Shown here: one piece after another, positions 60,070 through 64,000 of the stretch
Position numbering within the stretch: position 1 is the stretch's first letter
Layout: every line of letters begins with the position of its first letter
Assembly (NCBI GenBank): GCA_015492305.1
Contig: WGFJ01000140.1
Location: forward strand, 287 to 64,286
Source of the DNA: Deltaproteobacteria bacterium
Lineage (GTDB): Bacteria > Desulfobacterota > GWC2-55-46 > S146-80
DNA: 64,000 nucleotides
Direction: 5' to 3'
Notes under the pieces: model-generated
The model's input: the letters and a program-made list of their open reading frames with translations, nothing else
The model's database searches: none
What the model was told of the DNA's origin: nothing
Program-made: the position numbers and the translations under genes

Positions 60070-60333
60070 TCACACCTCCTCTCTCACCATCTCTATGTCA
60101 TTGACAGGGCATTCCTCAGCACATATACCACACCCCTTACAGTAATCCGGGTCTGCCTGATAGGTTGCCTCCTTCCCCTTACCCGATCCGGAGACACAAC
60201 CCTCGGGACAGAAGATGACACAGTTGTTGCACCCTATACATTTGTCGTGGAGGTATTTGGGCCAGAAGACCCTCCAGCTTCCTGTCTTGTTCTCCCTGCT
60301 TGTGCCAGGTATGGCAAAGACATTGAGCTCCAT
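60070..60333 (-). CDS. porD: pyruvate:ferredoxin oxidoreductase delta subunit (2x[4Fe-4S] ferredoxin)
   Basis: Two CxxCxxCxxxCP motifs in 87 aa. Confidence 0.9.
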   Translation of the reverse strand: MELNVFAIPGTSRENKTGSWRVFWPKYLHDKCIGCNNCVIFCPEGCVSGSGKGKEATYQADPDYCKGCGICAEECPVNDIEMVREEV

Positions 60334-60336
60334 GTT

Positions 60337-60876
60337 TCACCCCTTCATCCTTTTATATGCCTCCTCTGCTGCCTTTATGTTCTTTTCGGCAAGAGGAGGA
60401 GGAAACCTCTCCATGATGCCCTTCTTTATGCCATCAAGGCTCACAACACCGGTTGCACCTGCGAAGGCACCCAGAAGGGTCGTATTCGGTATGGGCCTTC
60501 CAAGGATCTCGAGGGCTATGGTGGTGGCCGGGATGGTAAGGACCTTGAAGCCATTGCCTATGTGGAGTTCCTGAGGGGCCTTTTCTGTATTCACTATGAC
60601 CATCCCCCCCTCTTTGAGGCCCTTAAGGACATCCACACCCTGGAAGAGGGTGGGGTCCTGGATGATGAGGTAGTCAGGGGTGTAGACCTGCGTCTTCGAT
60701 CTCACCTTGCCATCACTTATCTTCACATAGGCCTCAACAGGGGCCCCCATCCTCTCTGAACCAAAACTGGGAAAGGCTTGGGAGTATTTTCCATCGCAGA
60801 AGGCAGCCACTGCAAGGAGCTCTGCAGCGGTAACAACCCCCTGCCCCCCCCTTCCATGGATCCTTATCTCCTTCAT
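60337..60876 (-). CDS. porG: pyruvate:ferredoxin oxidoreductase gamma subunit
   Basis: Start set at MKEIRIHGRGGQGVV, the typical gamma-subunit N-terminus, with a GGAGGAG ribosome-binding site. Confidence 0.85.
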   Translation of the reverse strand: MKEIRIHGRGGQGVVTAAELLAVAAFCDGKYSQAFPSFGSERMGAPVEAYVKISDGKVRSKTQVYTPDYLIIQDPTLFQGVDVLKGLKEGGMVIVNTEKAPQELHIGNGFKVLTIPATTIALEILGRPIPNTTLLGAFAGATGVVSLDGIKKGIMERFPPPLAEKNIKAAEEAYKRMKG

Positions 60877-60912
60877 CCGCTCCTCCTGATAAGGGATAGA
60901 GGACTCTAAAAT

Positions 60913-60940
60913 ATCATAAAGGGCAGGGTTTGAAAAGTCA
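60913..60940 (-). promoter_or_regulatory. putative sigma70-like promoter for porGDAB (TTGACT-17-TATGAT)
   Basis: On the minus strand, -35 lies at 60940..60935 and -10 at 60918..60913. The TSS would then sit about 30 nt upstream of the porG ATG. Confidence 0.45.
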
Positions 60941-60943
60941 AAA

Positions 60944-61717
60944 TTGAAGCCATCCAGTCCCTCTGGCGGGTTGACCATCAGGGGTCCTTATGCTACAATC
61001 CCCGTCGTGTTCACCTTCCGGATCGCATCAACAGACAGGGAGAAGGAAGAGATATACAGGCTCAGGTACCAGGTGTATTGCCTTGAGTGCGGATACGAAT
61101 CGCCCGAGGACTACCCTGATGGCCTGGAGACCGACGAATATGATAGATACTCTGTCCATTTCCTTGCCGTTGATGGTGATCAGAATGTCGTTGGCACTGT
61201 AAGGCTCATCCTCCATTCGGAACTCGGCTTCCCCATAGAGAAGCACTGCAGGTTCCATGTGGATGTTTCAAAGATCCCCCACAACACCCTTGCAGAGATA
61301 TCGCGTCTTGCCATCAGCAAGATGTACAGAAGAAGGGCCTACGACAGACTCTACGGGGAGAGTGAACTCCACATGAAGAAACCCAACCTCTATGAGAGGA
61401 GGCACCGCCACGAAATCCTGCTTGGCCTTTTGAAGGTCATGTACAGGGAGAGCAAGTGGCTCGGCCTTACCCACTGGTATGCCGTAATGGAGGATAGTCT
61501 CTTTGAGCTGCTCAAGCGCTACGGCTTCCTCTTCAATCGCATAGGGGAGAAGGTGGATTACCACGGCATAAGGGCCCCCTATGTGGCAAGGATAGGGAAC
61601 ATAGAGAGCCTCATAGCAAGGACAAGACCAGAGCTCTTCCAGTTCTTCACCGACTGGAAGAGGCTTATCACCATCAACTCGGAGGATATACCCCCCTTGA
61701 GGAATACCTTCAAATAA
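60944..61717 (+). CDS. GNAT-like N-acyl amino acid synthase / PEP-CTERM-exosortase-system-associated acyltransferase family
   Basis: Family-typical N-terminus (FRIASTDREKEEIYRLRYQVYCLECGY…DEYD…FLAV). True start uncertain: the TTG at 60944 or the GTG at 61007, which lies just downstream of the predicted promoter. Confidence 0.55.
   Translation: MKPSSPSGGLTIRGPYATIPVVFTFRIASTDREKEEIYRLRYQVYCLECGYESPEDYPDGLETDEYDRYSVHFLAVDGDQNVVGTVRLILHSELGFPIEKHCRFHVDVSKIPHNTLAEISRLAISKMYRRRAYDRLYGESELHMKKPNLYERRHRHEILLGLLKVMYRESKWLGLTHWYAVMEDSLFELLKRYGFLFNRIGEKVDYHGIRAPYVARIGNIESLIARTRPELFQFFTDWKRLITINSEDIPPLRNTFK
60971..60999 (+). promoter_or_regulatory. putative divergent sigma70-like promoter (TTGACC-17-TACAAT) for the acyltransferase gene
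   Basis: Near-consensus hexamers with an exact 17-nt spacer. Lies inside the ORF-track N-terminal extension of the next gene. Confidence 0.4.
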
Positions 61718-61810
61718 AGGATGGATCCCTTCCCTTTAACCCTTGAAGAAACCTATTCTTTATGGTATCTTCCTTCCATTCAGGAAAATTTCCCATGGTA
61801 AGGACCCATC

Positions 61811-62449
61811 ATGGCTTCGGTTAAGAAACCTGTAAAGGTCGTTGTGGCCCTGAGTAATGACCTCTTAAACGAAGGGATATGCAGACTGCTCTCCGATGCC
61901 GATGACATCGAAACACAGGTGCTCAAATACGGTTCCTCCCCTTCACACCTCTTTGAGAAATCTCCCCCTGATCTCATCCTTGTCGACTTCATCACCCTCT
62001 TCAACACCTTCTACGAGGTGAGGGACATAAACTGGAAGGGTAGCTTTATCCTTATAGATACTGCCTGCGGGGAGGAGAACATAGTCTCTGCCCTCCTCAG
62101 GTTCAGGCTTGCAGGTATACTAAAGGGAGATACCACCCCGGAGATGCTCAAGAAGTGCATAAGGGTCGTATCTAAGGGGGAGGTATGGATGGACAACAAG
62201 ACCATAGGTGATATACTAAAGGGGCTTTCAACAGGTGGTCCAAAGCCTTATGTCACCCAGAAGCTCTCCCACAGGGAGCGGGAGATAGTGTCCCTTGTAA
62301 GCCAGGGCTACAGGAACAAGGAGATAAGCGCAAAGCTCGGGATAAGCGAACAGACAGTGAAGTCCCATCTCTACAAGATATTTCAGAAGCTGAACATCCA
62401 GAACAGGGCCCAGTTGATCGTCTACGCCATGAAGCACAACCTCCTTTAG
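61811..62449 (+). CDS. LuxR-family transcriptional regulator with N-terminal receiver-like domain (EpsA-like)
   Basis: C-terminal GerE/LuxR helix-turn-helix (LSHREREIVSLVSQGYRNKEISAKLGISEQTVKSHL). The receiver-like N-terminus lacks a clear phosphorylation signature. Confidence 0.75.
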   Translation: MASVKKPVKVVVALSNDLLNEGICRLLSDADDIETQVLKYGSSPSHLFEKSPPDLILVDFITLFNTFYEVRDINWKGSFILIDTACGEENIVSALLRFRLAGILKGDTTPEMLKKCIRVVSKGEVWMDNKTIGDILKGLSTGGPKPYVTQKLSHREREIVSLVSQGYRNKEISAKLGISEQTVKSHLYKIFQKLNIQNRAQLIVYAMKHNLL

Positions 62450-62536
62450 ACCCTGCCACTCATGGATTAGCCCCCTCTATCTAACACTAAAGTTTTAACA
62501 CTTTTTACAAAAATATCCTCCCCTTTAGTTTAACTC

Positions 62537-62551
62537 TTTACAGTCTGTAAA
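62537..62551. promoter_or_regulatory. 15-bp perfect palindrome TTTACAGtCTGTAAA upstream of the TPR lipoprotein gene
   Basis: A perfect inverted repeat in the AT-rich 200-bp leader, suggesting an operator for a dimeric regulator. The LuxR-type regulator encoded immediately upstream is a candidate. Confidence 0.35.
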
Positions 62552-62652
62552 TTTAACCCCCTCGATTAGCAAAATTCTATCCCCTTGGTGATTGATAGGT
62601 CCCTGCCTTTTCCCTATAGTTTTATCTAAAAATCGAAAAAGGCGGTGAAGAG

Positions 62653-64000
62653 ATGTCCAGGCTGGTAGTGGTATCACTGCTCCTCCTTTCCATCCTTGGC
62701 TGCGGTAAGGATACATCCGTAGAGGCTGAAAAGCACTTCAAGAGGGCCACAGAATATCAGCAAGAAGGCAATCTGAGGGGTGCATTCATAGAGCTAAAGA
62801 ACGCCGTGGATCTCGCACCTGATCGGGTGGACTACAGGAAGGAGCTTGCCCTTGTCTACTACAAGCTCGGACGGTATGAATCGGCCCTCAAGGAGTTTGA
62901 GGCCGTCCTCAAGGAAGACCCTGCCTCAAAGGATTCCCTCCTTTACATCAGCAGGATATACCTTGAGAAAGGCCAGTTCGACAAGGCCCTTGAATCTGCC
63001 CAGAGGCTCCTCGATGCAGGGGGGCCATCAAGAGAGGCCCTCTATGTAATGGCCTCTGCACGGATGGGCAAAGGGGACCTCCAGAAGGCAAAGAAGATGT
63101 ACTTGAAGATCCTTGAGATGGAGCCCAGTGACAGTAAGGCCCTCTTGGGGCTTGCCAGGGTCTACACAGAAGAGGGGAACTACGAGGAGGCGGAAAGGCA
63201 GATCAAGAGGGCAAAGGAAGGTGGAGAGTCCATCGATATCCTCTACGCCGAGGCAGAGCTTGAGGCCAGGCGCTCAAGGTACAAGGAGGCTGCAGAGATA
63301 CTCAAGAGGATCCTGGAGATGGACCCCGATCAGCCAAGGGCCTATATACTGCTCACCACAGCCTATCTTGGCCTTAAGGACTTTGAGAAGGCCAAGGAGG
63401 AGGCTGAGGAACTCATCAAGAGATATCCCAAAAGGCCAGAAGGTTATTACTTCAAAGGCCTCTCCCTCCTTTCAGGAACCAACAGGGTAAAGGAGGCCAT
63501 CGAGTACCTTCAGAAGGCAACCACCATCTATCCTGGATACCTTCTTGCCCATTACTTCCTTGCCCTTGCCCACTACAAGGATCGCAACTACGAACAGGCC
63601 ATAAGCGAACTCCAGATGGTCCTCAACATAGATCCCAACTTCCACAGGGCCCGCTTACCCCTTGCCATCCTCTACCTCACAAAGGGGTATCTCGACGATG
63701 CCCTCAGGGAGGCGGGAAGGGCCGTTGAAAAGGACCCCAAGAATCCCCTTGCCCACAATATCCTTGGAACAGCCTACATCATGAAGGGGGAACACGACAG
63801 GGGGCTTGAAGAGTTCAAAAAGGCCCTTGACCTGGACCCGGACTTCACCGACACCTACGCAAGGCTTGGTGGTTACTACCTCACAACGGGTAACATCGAG
63901 GAGGCCATAAAGGAGTACAGGGCAGCCCTGAAGATAGATCCAAGACTCCTCAACATAAGGATCTTCCTCGGAATGGCCCACATGAGGAAGGGAGAGTACG
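62653..64000 (+). CDS. TPR-repeat lipoprotein (PrsT-like, PEP-CTERM system type), 5' part; continues beyond the window
   Basis: Lipoprotein signal (LLLSILGCGKD) followed by uninterrupted TPR repeats to the window edge, with no stop codon. Confidence 0.7.
   Translation, partial: MSRLVVVSLLLLSILGCGKDTSVEAEKHFKRATEYQQEGNLRGAFIELKNAVDLAPDRVDYRKELALVYYKLGRYESALKEFEAVLKEDPASKDSLLYISRIYLEKGQFDKALESAQRLLDAGGPSREALYVMASARMGKGDLQKAKKMYLKILEMEPSDSKALLGLARVYTEEGNYEEAERQIKRAKEGGESIDILYAEAELEARRSRYKEAAEILKRILEMDPDQPRAYILLTTAYLGLKDFEKAKEEAEELIKRYPKRPEGYYFKGLSLLSGTNRVKEAIEYLQKATTIYPGYLLAHYFLALAHYKDRNYEQAISELQMVLNIDPNFHRARLPLAILYLTKGYLDDALREAGRAVEKDPKNPLAHNILGTAYIMKGEHDRGLEEFKKALDLDPDFTDTYARLGGYYLTTGNIEEAIKEYRAALKIDPRLLNIRIFLGMAHMRKGEY

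Noticed and set aside
1-64000. CRISPR arrays, rRNA/tRNA genes, IS elements and integrases
   Set aside because: There are no regularly spaced direct repeats with unique spacers, no long non-coding gaps (the largest is about 450 bp and is occupied by promoters and a small ORF), and no transposase or recombinase-like ORFs.

Overview
This 64-kb window reads as contiguous chromosome from a GC-rich (about 58-60%) anaerobic bacterium with thermophile-like codon usage (Arg AGG, Lys AAG, Glu GAG). Genes are densely packed and many overlap by 1-4 bp (ATGA/TTGA junctions).

Core gene content, in order:
- A conserved cell-envelope and isoprenoid block: tlyA-dxs-ispA and yibQ-ctpA-envC-ftsX-ftsE, followed by moaE and moaD.
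- A large hydrogen-metabolism island containing two [NiFe] hydrogenases. One is a membrane-bound group-1 uptake enzyme with a Tat-signal small subunit, large subunit, cytochrome b and maturation protease. The other is a cytoplasmic group-3b sulfhydrogenase-like four-subunit enzyme. HypA, HypC, HypD and a CooS/HCP-family protein sit alongside.
- A Ku plus ligase-only LigD pair for end joining, with PolX nearby.
- rpoD, rplM-rpsI and argC.
- Central carbon and transport genes: glgC, pfk, a class II aldolase, porGDAB and an NSS transporter.
- The start of a PEP-CTERM/exosortase-type locus: an acyltransferase, a LuxR/EpsA-like regulator and a PrsT-like TPR lipoprotein that runs off the window end.

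No rRNA, tRNA, CRISPR array or transposase was recognised.

Observations most worth follow-up:
1. An ECF sigma / anti-sigma / lipoprotein module in which the anti-sigma periplasmic domain and the lipoprotein C-terminus share the same 17-kDa-antigen-like domain. It is preceded by a membrane-anchored Asp/Gly/His-rich protein encoded by a triplet-repeat tract, all immediately downstream of hypD.
2. A CooS-like (Ni-CODH family) gene wedged between hypC and hypD and overlapping hypD.
3. A cNMP-binding-domain protein translationally coupled inside the sulfhydrogenase operon.
4. An NrdD-like protein that keeps the C-terminal Zn ribbon but has Thr-Thr where the radical-bearing Gly of the RVxGY motif should be, with no NrdG nearby.
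5. A DUF4258 / YgiT-zinc-finger toxin-antitoxin-like cassette inserted exactly between convergent ku and ligD. It is flanked by a perfect 41-bp direct repeat that encodes the C-terminus of Ku on one strand and of LigD on the other.
6. A HEPN-MNT pair in an AT-rich islet splitting the hyp genes.
7. A ribbon-helix-helix-like small ORF with atypical codon usage and nested inverted repeats in the rpoD/rplM intergenic region.

All product calls rest on motif and architecture recognition by eye. No database searches were run.
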